DNA of 64,000 nt, from positions 37,634,001 to 37,698,000 of the forward strand of contig CM060734.1 of the NCBI GenBank assembly GCA_030704615.1, in the 5' to 3' direction. Numbering within the stretch: position 1 is the first letter of the stretch; the number at the start of each line of letters is the position of its first letter. Of this stretch, positions 42,513 to 55,179 are shown piece after piece. The stretch comes from Takakia lepidozioides (Eukaryota > Plantae > Bryophyta). Position numbers and translations under genes: made by a program. The notes under the pieces are model-generated. The model saw nothing but the letters and a program-made list of their open reading frames with translations. It ran no database searches and had not been told where the DNA came from.

Positions 42513-43308
42513 CCCTTAATTTCCCAAGCGACCTGAACGGGGTCACTCTGAATTTTCAGTTCTATCTAATTTCTGCAGATCTAATCTGATGGGCCCACTC
42601 CTGAAGCTTTAATGACAAGGGATTTGTCTCTAGTATGATGCAAAAAACAAATTAAAAAACAAAAAAAAAAGCTAGGACCTACAAAAAATATCTTAGATCA
42701 CTCATTTACGTTTTGGGGCCGAAAAGGGCTGACGTGGCAGGTAAATAAGCCCAAAACATGTTTGCGCTCCAAAGGCCATTTTTGGCAAAAAATTAGCAAT
42801 TTTGTAAAAAGCACTTCACCTTATGGTGTGTGAGCATTACATACACCCATCCACCGTTGGCTTTTAAAATTTTGTAGAAAAAAAAGTACTTCATTTGGAG
42901 GCACATTTTCTCTTGTCAATTTTGAGATTTCAACCCATGTGTAATTGCATGCAAAGCAACCATAGGTAAAAAAAGCAGTTGGACCTGCAATATAGTGGGG
43001 TCATAGCCACCCCACTACTAATTTGGAAATGGTGGGTCTTGGGGCAAGCAAAATTGGATAAAAGCTAGGTTTTGATTTGGTCAAACCAATTTCTTTCTCA
43101 CTTTTTCTTTGGGACCTGATATTATAATCTCACAATTTCCACAGTGGACTTGGCTCATTTTTTGGTATGTCATGCATAAATGAGCTGGGCCCAATGCTAT
43201 AAGGCTGGAATCTCTGGATGATTTTTGGTAGGTTCTAGGGGCAATTTACTGCAGCTGGGTACCCAAAATTGTTCAAAAGTCCAAAAAGGGCTTAGGAAAT
43301 TAAGGAAA
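42513..43308. mobile_element. Possible piggyBac-like non-autonomous element
   Basis: TTAA|CCCTTAATTTCCCAAGC ... GCTTAGGAAATTAAGG(AAA)|TTAA. Confidence 0.45.
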
Positions 43309-43504
43309 TTAATTGAGCAAACAATAGCTCAAAGAAATCTACACAAGCTCCAGATTGTTTATCTTAAGCCATATTTATCTTAACCTTTTTGGGGTCGTAA
43401 TAACATCCTCATAAAACAATCTTCGTAAGAGTAATGCCTACGTATATTAACCACAGTAGCAAAAAGTGTGTTTTATCGGAGGGGTAGTGGTAACAAATTT
43501 AAAC

Positions 43505-44003
43505 NNNNNNNNNNNNNNNNNNNNNNNNNNNNNNNNNNNNNNNNNNNNNNNNNNNNNNNNNNNNNNNNNNNNNNNNNNNNNNNNNNNNNNNNNNNNNNNN
43601 NNNNNNNNNNNNNNNNNNNNNNNNNNNNNNNNNNNNNNNNNNNNNNNNNNNNNNNNNNNNNNNNNNNNNNNNNNNNNNNNNNNNNNNNNNNNNNNNNNNN
43701 NNNNNNNNNNNNNNNNNNNNNNNNNNNNNNNNNNNNNNNNNNNNNNNNNNNNNNNNNNNNNNNNNNNNNNNNNNNNNNNNNNNNNNNNNNNNNNNNNNNN
43801 NNNNNNNNNNNNNNNNNNNNNNNNNNNNNNNNNNNNNNNNNNNNNNNNNNNNNNNNNNNNNNNNNNNNNNNNNNNNNNNNNNNNNNNNNNNNNNNNNNNN
43901 NNNNNNNNNNNNNNNNNNNNNNNNNNNNNNNNNNNNNNNNNNNNNNNNNNNNNNNNNNNNNNNNNNNNNNNNNNNNNNNNNNNNNNNNNNNNNNNNNNNN
44001 NNN
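43505..44003. other. Assembly gap
   Basis: Run of N. Confidence 1.
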
Positions 44004-47000
44004 NTGTCGGCAGCTTGTAAGGAAGAAATACTTAGGTAGCGTGTTGGGTGTGTGAGACTCGAGAGAGAGGGCGCTTTGAAGTTTTAACACAGATTGGAAT
44101 GCGATCCGGGAAGTGGTAACTTAGGAGTCGAGCATTGTCCAATCTGGTAATGTTCAACCTTGTCCAGGATTCGGAAAGAGTGTTGCCCACCATTGAGTCA
44201 AATTATGGAATCACAGTTGCTTCCCTGGTAATGCTCAAGTGAAAGAAGATGCACGTGGAACCAGTGCTGTGCCTCGCAGGGGAGGAGGCTTTGCAGAGGA
44301 TCATTGTGAGGATCCAACTGTTTGAGAAGGCGGTTTGGGTAGGTCTGGATCAACTCTCTCATGATTATAACTTCCAAATAAGAAATTCCTGCAAGCACAT
44401 CACTCTTATAGCTTTGTCCCCCCTTCAAACGCATTGACCCACATGAATTTAGAGTGGATTGGGCATCGGTGACCACAGCCCATCATCATCTTCCACGACA
44501 ATATCGCCAGGTAAAGCTTCTGACTCCAGTAAAGGATTTCCAGAGTCTGAGAGTTGTTGGGTAGCTTGCCTCCTAGCTCGGATGGGCTGTAAGTGATACA
44601 CATCAAAGAGATTCCCATGAACCTGAATGAGTGTGGTCTGATTCTGAATGCATAAAACAGGAAGATAGCTGGAGAGTGTTAATGAAGGTGTTGATTGTTA
44701 TCTTCAATGGTACCTTTGGAGGTACCTGATGAATAACTGAGGTTTTTGGAACGGTCATGTGGGAAGGGCTATTATGAAACTTAGTTGCTGATTGCTCAAG
44801 TAATGCTCTCATAGATATGGCACTCATATATCACTCATTCAAGATACCCATATAATTCAGCAACCATCCAGATTGATATACCAATAATTAGATCAATTAC
44901 TACTGAATGAGTGAATAACTTATGATGTAAGCTAGAGGAACCCATGATTTGCTGAGTTGGGGATTTTGACATATTAAAGTTAAACATTGAAGGCTTTGAA
45001 TGAAGGCTTGTCCTTGGGAGTCACCCTTCAAATTCTAACCAAGTGAAGGTCCCAGCCATTACTTAACCCTAAGGGCACCATGAAAACAGTTACCCTACAC
45101 AGATTGGGAGCCATAGCTGGAGCCAGGCCTGCCCAGCATACTAGGCTTGGATACTGGATACCCACCCACCATGGGCAGCCAATGCAAAAAGAAATGCGCA
45201 AATCCATATTCGTGTCTCGGAATTATAAGGTTGAACTCATCAACCTCCAACTTGAAAGTTCTTAGTACTCCGTAACTTTTTGTCGCATAACATAAATCAC
45301 ATGAAAGTTGAGCCATGGATTATTGTACAACGTGAAGTCAGGCATGTGTAGCCCAATTTTCGGATCAAAATTCCCATATTTGATGGGACTCCTTTGTACT
45401 TGATGGCCGGGGAGGGGTTTCAAATTTGGCTCAGGCTAGACCCTGTGATTGCCAATCTGTGAGCCAATAGTGGGAAGCCTCACAAAATGGCCACCCAAAT
45501 AATGGATGCCGCTAAGTTCTATATCCAGATAAACATTATTGTGGCAAAATCGCGTGGGGTGTCTTAGCGCCCGGAAGTGCTTAGAACCTGACCCCAACCG
45601 CCACAACTGCCTCGTATTTTTATCTTTTAGCTTACCCCTCATTCAGATTACCAAGTGTTGGTTAGAAAAGGCTATCACCATGGTGGAATCTCCCTCTGGA
45701 TGATACCGTTTGTATGGTTGGATACTGTTAAGATCCGAGGGTGCAGGGGTTTAGGGTAAAGCGGATAGCCTTTGTTGGCCTCTAACTTTGAAAGTGTTGA
45801 ATGACTGAGTGCTTGGAATGGGTCCCATTCCAAAGACACAACTTTGCTGCCCATATCAGATATTTACTTTCAATTGTAAATGATCTTGTAGTATTTTTGA
45901 CAGCCTGGTCATCACATGATTGGACTCATTTTATTACTCTGTCATTAACACTTGTGAACAATCTACTACCGTACTTACCTAGCTTATTAGGCACTTCCGC
46001 GCCTAATAATTAATAAAAATGGAATATTATTAGGCAGATTCGTTTTTATTATTTAGGCACCTCACCTCAGTAATTTCCAAACATTAAGCATGTATTACAG
46101 TCGACCCTGGATATTTTTATTTTTCTTTTTATTTTTAAATTTTACAGTCTACCCTGGATAATAATGAACAATTATTTTTGACCTCCCTCAATAACTATTG
46201 TTGAGGTAATTTTCTTTTAAGAAAACATAATGGTTTTGAACCGGACGCTTAATAAAGTTATCTACCCAATTTCCATGGTCGATGAAACCTTATCATATAT
46301 ATTATCAACTACCACTGATGATATTGATGTTTCAATCTGGTGGGGCATGTTTGTCATCCCATTTAACCGAAAATGGAGCGGTACCCAAAACGGACCCCTA
46401 GAAAAATACATAAAACTAACCATGTGCCATCTTTTAAAGGTGTTTTGATGAGGAGTGGTCCGAATTAGGTCATGTGGTGGGCCACATTGGAACTCCAATG
46501 AACCCTTTTAACTCATACATGATCATGATGACACCACTTAATGGACAAGTCAATAACCATCGGCACGCACTTTGAGAGCGAAGTCCTCAAGGAAGAATGA
46601 ATCCTAACATGCCGGAGAGGGGATCACATTCCGTGATCAACGATCCTGATTAAGTTTCACCTAGATCAAAGATCGAGGATTGAGTTTAATCCAAATGGAC
46701 CTTGAGCAGAGTTTTTCTTTAAGGTAGGAGGTTACTCAATAAATGTTTATGTTAGTTGACTCACATGGTCCATGTTACTATGTTGTTACCACGTTTCACT
46801 TTAATCAGTAAAGTGAAAGAGGATGCACACTTTTTGGGCACCTTTGGCTCCAGACAGAGTGCACTTGCTGTTCAAAATAGTATCCCTTACTGGTCCATTC
46901 AAGGTTATTCCATGATTGCACCTTGAATATTCACCAATATTACAAAATAATTCGGTTTTTTTTTAAATATAAATTTCTATGTGCCCATATCAGAAAAATA

Positions 47001-50000
47001 TATACGACGACAGTGCACACCTGAAATTGCACACATTTCTTAAATGATCCATTTTAGGTGTTTCTACTTTACCAGTTGCTATCAAACTTGTCCGGTAATG
47101 TTCCTTTCATTCACTCGTTACACATGTGTGGTGTCCGGTTGCAACGATTGCATTCTTCAAAGCCACGCTACTATGTGACTTATGGGCATAAGTTTCATGT
47201 GTTGGGTAAACCTAGGTGTAGAAAATCTGACTGGCAAAACTAAAAAAATACCTATGATCCCTTCAAAACAAAAAACATAAAACATAAAGAAGAGGATTGC
47301 AGCTCAAATGTAGTGTTCCACAAGAGGAGGGACACATGATTTATATCAGCATGAATGTTGGCAACTACGTAAACATGAATGAAGGAAAGAGCAGGACAAA
47401 AATATCAAAGTGTCCATTTGTACATTAGTACCTATGTGACACAAAACTACAATATATATCACATGATGATCCTTGAAATTTTCCTATTTGGTTAGGATGT
47501 GTTCAAGGTATGCCCTTTCAGGTCTCACTTGCTCTCTCCATTGTCAAGTTATTTACCACTAGTGTGAAGTTAGCTAGGAAATAACTAGCTTTTATATATT
47601 GACATTTGGGATTGATCCAAGCATCAATCCAGGGGCCAATATATGTTTGGGTACCTGACGATGTTATCTTCACGGCAGATCGCGGTGGGCTCATCTTTCT
47701 CGAGTTGAGTCTTATCACGTCTAGCTATGGCGCCGTAGTGTGGATTCTCCATGGTGTGGGGTGCACTTGACTCGACTTAATATATGAGTGATGTTTTCAT
47801 GTGCAAATATGTGAGTTTGAGAGAGTTTGTGTGCTTGTATCATTCTTTTCTTTATCACTCAAGAAAGATCAGCTCGAGTCTGTGAGTGCCAAGTTCGAGT
47901 TAGTTGTAGCACTTGTGTTTTTAGATTATGAAAAGCGGTTCAGCCTAGAGTGTAGGGATTCGTGCATGAGCCTATCCAAAGCGGATAGAGTGCAAAAGCG
48001 CACAGGTTGCAGGTTTGTAATGGATAGAGAGGCAGGTAGCCTATGTTGAAGGGCGGCATTGCATAGCTCACCGCTATAGCAATCAAGTTTGGGCTTCTAG
48101 TATGAAGCGGAAGAGATGTTGGCCATGAGTGCGCAAACTGGTGGTCGTCTTCTTCAGCTGCAGGTCGAGTTAAGGAGCTGTAGGAATGTGGGCTGCGCAT
48201 GGAAGCTAGCGTGTTGCAGGTTAGAGATGATATGATCAGCTCCAGGTATTTCTGCCCGAAACTAATTGTTGCGGGTAGATGAGGAGCAACCGAATGGTGG
48301 AGCTGCGAGGGGATGCATCGCAGCCCGTTGCGAATTTCAGCTCTAAGCTCATGAAGAGGTATGAGTGAAGAAAGGGGGCCGGTCCCTCTTGTGTGCAAAT
48401 CAGTGCACTTGTGAAACAAATTGGAGTTTCAATCTGAAACTCAGCAGTGTAAGGGCTCTTGGAGTGGCAAGAGCGGGGCTGGAAGGGCAGCAGCGAGGCA
48501 TCCTAGAGCCAGGGGATATGCATGAGAAATGCATGTGCACCAAGTTTGTAAATGTGTGTATTTTCATATTCGTTTTTGTGAGCTTCATGAAGAAATTGAG
48601 CTTGTTGGGCAGCATATTGCTTGTTTGTTGAGTTTAGGGTGCCCCTGGTGGGTCGTGAGAGCCCAAGAGAGCATGGCAGCAGCTCTGGTGGCTTTGCAAA
48701 AGCCATAGCTCAGCGGCAGCAGGTGCAGGAGCAAACCCCAGCTCGGGGAGAGCTCGGGAACGCGTGGGAACGCCCGGGAACACATGGGAACTCGTATGGA
48801 GTTCCTGGGAACGCAGGGAATTGTTGACCGTGACTGTTGACCGTGACCGTGGGAAGCCTTGGTGCGAACACCACGGGTTGGCACGGTGACCAGATCGTGA
48901 GGATGGCGGGCCGTGAAGGCTCGGGGTCGTGGTACCACGGGGTATCACGGGGCAGCCCATGGCCAACGAGCTCCTAGGGCGGGCCGTGAGGAGTCGTGGC
49001 AGTTAGAGCCACAAAAGGCCACGAACAGACAGAGTGAATTTTTTTTATAAAAAATAAAAAATAAAATAAAATAAATCACTCGTTACGTGGGACCTTGATG
49101 GGGAGGCTGGGCTCTGAAGAACAACGGTTTTGAGCTAGCTGATCCGGCAGAAAAGTCAGAATTGCCTCCCTGTTGCATTTTAACAAAGGGGATTACTTCC
49201 CTGCATGTAATCTTTTTGGGTTTTCAGCCCAATTCTTAACTATGGGGGAGACCAGCCTGCAGGTAATTCCTTTGGACTGAATGTTGTTGGGGCCTATATG
49301 TACCCCTATTTGCTCCATTTTTGAACCTTCAGTGAATGACGTGGTTTCCTGAGGTGGTTCCATTCTGAGGAATGGCTGGTGGACATAAGGAGGTACTAGT
49401 GGACCCTGTGGAGGCTTGCATGGGGCCTTGAAGGCCAAGTTTCATGAGCTCATGGAGAGCGGTTTGAGGAATGTCTATAGGATGCTCTCATGGTCATGCA
49501 AATGAAAGAAGAGAGGAAAAAAGAGGATGTTGGGATGAGAGCGTGTTGGGGATAGGCATTGCTTTAGTTTCCCTTCCTCGTAGTTTTCCACCTTTTGTAG
49601 GCCGAGACCTTTTCGTAGGTGGAGGCAAGAGTCAGTCCGGTTTTGGGCTGGGTTGTAGGAGCGACACTGTGGAGTTATTTTTTGTGTGGGGGAGTTATTG
49701 TTTTCATTCTTGTATTTGGATCCCCTCCACACATGCATGCTTGATTGTGCGTCATGCTAGTTTTGTGTGGACGCTTGATTTTATAGGTGGTTAACTCGGG
49801 CTTGATCGCCGATCCAACCCTAAAAGCATGCTATCAATGGTGAGGCTGGGTTGATGACCAGTCATACCATCTTTGCTTCTCATGTAGTGAGGTTGGAGGT
49901 GATGACCAGCCAACCATAGGAGTGCCTGCGGTGGATGCAGGTGCATGTGCAGGCTATGTTAGGAACCTAGTATTCCAAACCATAAGCCGCATCAGGTTCT

Positions 50001-50041
50001 CTACCCGGTTACCTTGTGGAGAGGGGATTAGAGACAGGTTC

Positions 50042-51800
50042 ATGACCGGTTCAACACGGAGGTGCCACTAGTTGCTGGGGAAAGTGTCGGTACGAGCACT
50101 AGCGATATTAGCGGGTATATGAGACGAGGTGTTCGGTTTAGGCCACCTTCACCTCCTGTGTCTTCTACGGAAGGTTCTAATTCGGATTGTGAATCAGGAT
50201 GACTCACACCGGCGGTGCAAGTTGTTTCATTGCCATTGTTGTGGGACACAATGGAGGAGATGTATGGAGCCACCAAGGGGCCACGTAAGTACTCTGGGGC
50301 AGTGGGCACCATTGAGTTGGATGATTTTATCCAAGAATTTGATAGTTGGTGTGACTTGCAGCAAATGCGCAATCCACAACTGTTTACGTCTTTCATGGCA
50401 TAGAAGGAGCTGTTTCAGCACCTTGAAGGGCCGCCCATGGATGATTACCATGAGTTTAGGCGGGGGCACGATGTTGAGATCGAGGAGTGGAGGATGTACT
50501 GGTCACCCGACTATGTCTCCATCACTAGAGGCACTAGAGGCACCAGGGCAGCAGCCACATCGGCAGCTGCACCAGCAGCAACAGCTACAACAGCAGCTTC
50601 CACAAGCTGTAAGTGGGACTAGTGGTACAGCAACAACGACGTCCATCCAAGCTACTGTTGCACCAGCAATAGTGGTGGTATTTGCCTTCAACCCTGTTGT
50701 GGAGTTCTTCGAAGAGAGAGTGAGAAGGAACTACCAAGGGGTGAGGACAAAGAAGTTGAGAAGCTTGCAAGGAGTTCCAGATGATGAAGCCTACTGAACA
50801 GGTTGGTTGATGGAGGCTTCACTCGCATTGAGGCGGCGCTTGATAAATGTAATCCAAGGGATTACGGGAGGCTTAGGCAGTTCACAGTTCTGTGTACAGG
50901 GATATTGGACGGGGGAAGGAGCTGATGAGAAGGGTGCGGGATGCAATTCTCCTACAAGCGGCCCAACCTACCTTAGCAAATGTGTTTTTGCTGGTAGAGC
51001 AGATAGAGCTCAACATGGTGGAAGAACGAGTGGTCATGGTGGGATTTGCTAAGGAGGCACCACGGTGGTAGTTGTGCTCCTAGCCAGCCACTACTGTTCT
51101 CAACGTGCTCAAGGAAACAAGAGGCTCAGAGTGAAGCCCAGGGAAGGGCAGGAGAGAGGACCTCAGCTGCAGGGGTCTCTCCCTTCATTTGCTGCATCAA
51201 GCCAAACAATGGGCGGATGTGGTGTGTTGGACATGTGGAGGACCCCATATGCAAGAAGGATTGCCCAGAGGGAGGCAATGGTTGGCACCGGGCACAGCCT
51301 GCATAGTTGTATTGTGGGCAATGCTATGTGGCAAGTACGGGCATGGAGAGAAGAAACCCAATGTTATGGTTTGCAATCCTGAGTTGTCACCAAGCCAGTT
51401 GTACTCGTGGAACAATGGTGGTGTCTGATGGCGGGCCGCGAGGGTGGGCAGAGGCACGAGGTGTACGTATAGACCAAGGGCAAATCAACATGGCCAAAGA
51501 CGCGGTGGTCAGGGTGTTGACCATGGCATGACCAACCGGCTTCAACAGCTAGAGCAGAGGCTCGCTGCCATGGCCACAGCTCAGGTGGTACCGGCGCCAA
51601 GGCCGGATAGTCCACTTCCTGCTCCTGGGGCGGAGAGGAGATATGGGAGGCATGGGATTCATGTGCGGGGCAGGACTACCACTAGTGCAAGTGGAGTCAG
51701 CGTGCGGCAGTGACTCGAGGAGCAGCACGAGTTCCTGAGCCACGAGGTGTAGAGGTAGAGTAGAGTTGGATCCATAGCGTGGGGAGGCAAAGCCGTCAGG
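50042..51800 (+). pseudogene. gag: gag (degenerate)
   Basis: RKYSGAVGTIELDDFIQEFDSWCD; zinc-knuckle-like VCWTCGGPH and CGKYGH; stops and frameshifts. Confidence 0.75.
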
Positions 51801-51861
51801 CCAGGCTTCCTCAGTCAATCACATTGGCGGAGACAGTATCGACGTCATCCATGGCACCTAG

Positions 51862-52530
51862 TGTCAAGGACGAGAACATGACTGAACACAAACAAGAGAT
51901 CAGACTAGAGGTACAAGACTAGACAAGAAGTCAAGATCGGTGTGGCCGAAACATGGTGGGTGTAGGTAAACATGAATCAAGATGATCTTTATAACAAACT
52001 GGACAAGAGTACAAGATAACTGGAACTCGACTCAAATACTGGAATGCTGGGAAACTGGACTGGGGTTACCAGATACTGGAAACTGGACTAGAGTACTAAA
52101 AGCTGATGGACTAGAGTACTAGGCTGGGAACAGCCGAGTAGCTTGAACTCTGGTCTGACAAGAATGTGAAGAGATATAACTAGTGCTCGCATCCTATATA
52201 TATACTGGCTACTAAGAAACTTCCCTAAGATTGGAAGAAGTTTCCCCTATGGAGGTTTCTTGCGGAGAAGTTTCCAAGATAAACAAAAAGGTTTCTGATG
52301 GAGAAGCTTCCTTAAAAAAGGAGGTATCTTGATGGAGAGTAGTTTGCCTCCAAAGGAAGCTTCCTGAGCGTTCCCAAGTTACTCTAGATAATTTGGTAAA
52401 CTCTCGGTAACTTGGTAAGTAATGGTAGATCATGGTAATCGGTCACTGGTAACTTCCGGTATTATGGTACACTGATAATTTCTGGTATATTACTCCTTGG
52501 TAAGTTCCTTTGGGCTATGTCCGCGGCACA
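51862..52530 (-). mobile_element. Solo LTR of a second family, nested in the DNMT-Gypsy
   Basis: TG...CA ends; 5-bp TSD CCTAG (51857-51861, 52531-52535); homologous to 55321-55795 and 56939-57120. Confidence 0.85.
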
Positions 52531-53029
52531 CCTAGTCAGTCATCAATACCACCTTACCCGAGGCGTGAGAGGTTACTATGACACTTGGGGGAGAGTCTAC
52601 GACATGCAGGAAACACTACCTAGTGTTGCCCACAGCTAAAACGAGAAGTAGTGTGTTGCTAGTTGGGTAGGGCGGCCACATCTGTGGGTCAGGCCCATTA
52701 TTCTCGGTACCATTGATGGCGACAGCGAGGGGTAAGGGGGAAAAACCAGATGACTTGTGTTCAGGGGATTGTTGTGGCAGCGACACTCTATGGAGGGGGG
52801 AAGGTTAACGTATCATCTTGTCGCGGAACCGAGAATAGTGGAGAAGGTAGTAAAGTAAATAACAGAGGGGTAGGGAGTACCGGAGGGATCCTCGGAATTT
52901 GAGGGTCAAGACTACACGACGGCCGCCATGGCAAGCTGTTGCGCTGCCGGACGTTGATGGAGCCTGACCAGCTAAGTGGAGGCCCACGACCGCATGGCAA
53001 GCGCGCTGTCCCACTGCGGTGGACACCTA

Positions 53030-53420
53030 GAGTTGTCATGTTAGACACCAGGATGACATTTTCTATTTGAGTGGACCGGCGGCAAGTGACCCGGCCACTT
53101 GCGGGTTTGCTGGATTCGGAGCTCAGCCATTGATGTCGGGCAGAGCTGCTATTGCAGGCTTGGGGCTCATGGAGGCGGATATGGAGCCGTGCCATTTCCA
53201 AATACAGACAGCTTTGGAGATCAGAGCCGGCTCGGGGCATGACACGGCGTGAGTTGGCTATCAGACTACAACCGGATCATCCTACAGATGGCTCAGTGAT
53301 AAGAGCCAAGGCCATTGTGACAGACGCGGTCTCGTACGATGTCCTTGTTGGTGGGGCAGTGTTGTACCCCATTGGCTTCACCCTGGATTTTTGGAAGGAG
53401 TCAGCTTCCTATAGGCCTAG
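53030..53420 (+). pseudogene. Retroviral-type aspartic protease (degenerate)
   Basis: LLDS-GAQPLM (frameshifted) and YDVLVGGAVLYPIGFTLDF. Confidence 0.75.
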
Positions 53421-53814
53421 ATGGCAGTCAGGGGAGGCCTGCGTGTGCAGCTCCCTTTGACGTTCATAGGAGGAGTTGCGGTTGCCCGCGAGGCAAGATG
53501 TCGACACTGGCAGCATTCACAGCTGCAGTGAGTTGGCGTGGAGAGTTGTTTGAGGGCAACGCTTATTCAAGGGATGTGTTACCTCCGGGAGAGCAGGATA
53601 ACATGTACAGTATGGCAGAGTTGCGTGCCATGGTTGCTTACACTCCATTGTGGGCTCGAGCAAGGATTTGCATCGGTTTGCTGATTGTCGTGTGCAACAA
53701 GCCTGGGTAGAGGCTTTTGTACCGTCAAGAGAGGAGGACAGTGTGGGGCTTGCACCAGGACCATCTCAGTTGTCACCATTGGACACCACATCCATTGTGT
53801 GGCAAGTGTCCGGA

Positions 53815-54760
53815 TGAAGGCATTTGCCTTCTGGACTTGTTTGGCGGGATCAGCACCTGATTGGCTGCTGTGCTCCAGGCAGATGTATGGGTACGGCGTT
53901 ACTTGTATGTGGAGAGGGATGAGACTACACAACGCGTCTCACTCTGTCATGTTGCTCAGTTGGTGTAGCAGTACCCTGAGTTGTTGCCGGTGTCTGCGGT
54001 TCGTGGATATCAGCAGGCCTTGCCACAACATTTTCGTTGCTGGGGGCGCAGGATTTGGAGCGGGTTGGCTCCATTGATCTGGTAATGACAGGTTGGCCCT
54101 ACCAAGGTCATTCATCAGCCGGACATGGCAATGGATTGCGAAACTCGAGGTCGGGTCTGTTTTGGGAGATGGTGCGGGTTTTGCGCCACTTACAGTTTCA
54201 TCAAGTTATATCTCTTGCATACATCTTGGAGAATGTGTCACTGATGGGCGATTCTCGGACCAAGGTGATGGCCAATGTGCATCAAGTCCGGTCGTAGTTT
54301 GGGTTAGCATGTGTTCTGCTGAGATGCAGCTATGTGGGGTCACGGGCTCATCGTCCACGGCTATGGTGGACTAACTTGATGCCACCCCGCACTGCTCAAG
54401 CGTGCATTTGATGGGGTGCAGCGGCCAACACACCTCACAGTTGATAGCATCTTGGACACAAGAAGGCAATATCAATATGTGAGACACGATGACCGTTTGT
54501 CTTTGGCAGTGGTCAACAAGGTAGGTCAACCACGAGCAGCACTACCTACACTGCTTAGCTTCCCAGGATCGCATGCTTTCCGAGATAGTGGACCTGGCCT
54601 CCTGTGGGATGCTCAGTTTTCGCAGTTAGTGGAGCCTAATGCCGACGAGCGAGAGCGGGCTATGGGTTTTTCTACTGGGACCACGGCGGTGCCTTCTCTT
54701 TCTGAGGCATCACGTCGTCAGGTGTTGGGGCAAGCGATGGATCTCAATTGTTTGACCTAA
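53815..54760 (+). pseudogene. DNMT3-like C5 cytosine DNA methyltransferase domain within pol (degenerate)
   Basis: Motif I LLDLFGGIST*LAAV (53828-53872); II YLYVERD; IV IDLVMTGWPYQGHS (54091-54111, PC to PY); RSGLFWEMVRVL; VI YILENV (54229); VIII GSRAHRPRLWWTNL (54337-54378); IX ERERAMGF; X RRQVLGQAMDLNCL. Confidence 0.88.
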
Positions 54761-55179
54761 ATTATCAGCTTGGCTATGGCTGAGCAATGTAGAGTGCGGA
54801 GTGCACTTCCCTTGACGGTCTCTCTGCCTACCGAGACGGTACAGAGAGTGAGTGGGAGCGAGCCGGTGAGGACCACGGGGTGTAGACATCCATGGCACGC
54901 GTGGGAGGTGCTTGAGGTTCAGAGGGAGTTGGCAGCCAAGGCAGCTGTGATGGATGAGGTTGGGGATTCTCTGGGGTTGAGGAGGTCCTCAAGGATGAGA
55001 TGATGGGGCAGGATGAGGCCTTGTCATTGACTGAGCAGACGGGGAGTACTGCTCAAGAGATTGCGGCATAGCAACCACGAGACGCGTCCTCTATCTCCAA
55101 GTCTGCTGGACTTAAGGTTGCAGTTACGGAGGACAATTCGGAGCCTGACATTGGACCTATTGTCACTGGTGGAGAGAGA

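Noticed and set aside
43466-44090. Long ORFs across the N runs (also 58990-59634)
   Set aside because: Artefacts of assembly gaps
47728-47745. TGGCGCCGT as primer-binding site of the DNMT-Gypsy
   Set aside because: Only a short match and no clear LTR end (CA) next to it; LTR boundaries cannot be fixed because the 3' LTR likely lies in the gap
53815-54760. Host DNMT3/DRM gene or bacterial contamination
   Set aside because: Intronless, collinear with protease and RT, and decayed like the rest of pol; motif order is not DRM-permuted; flanks are eukaryotic TE sequence
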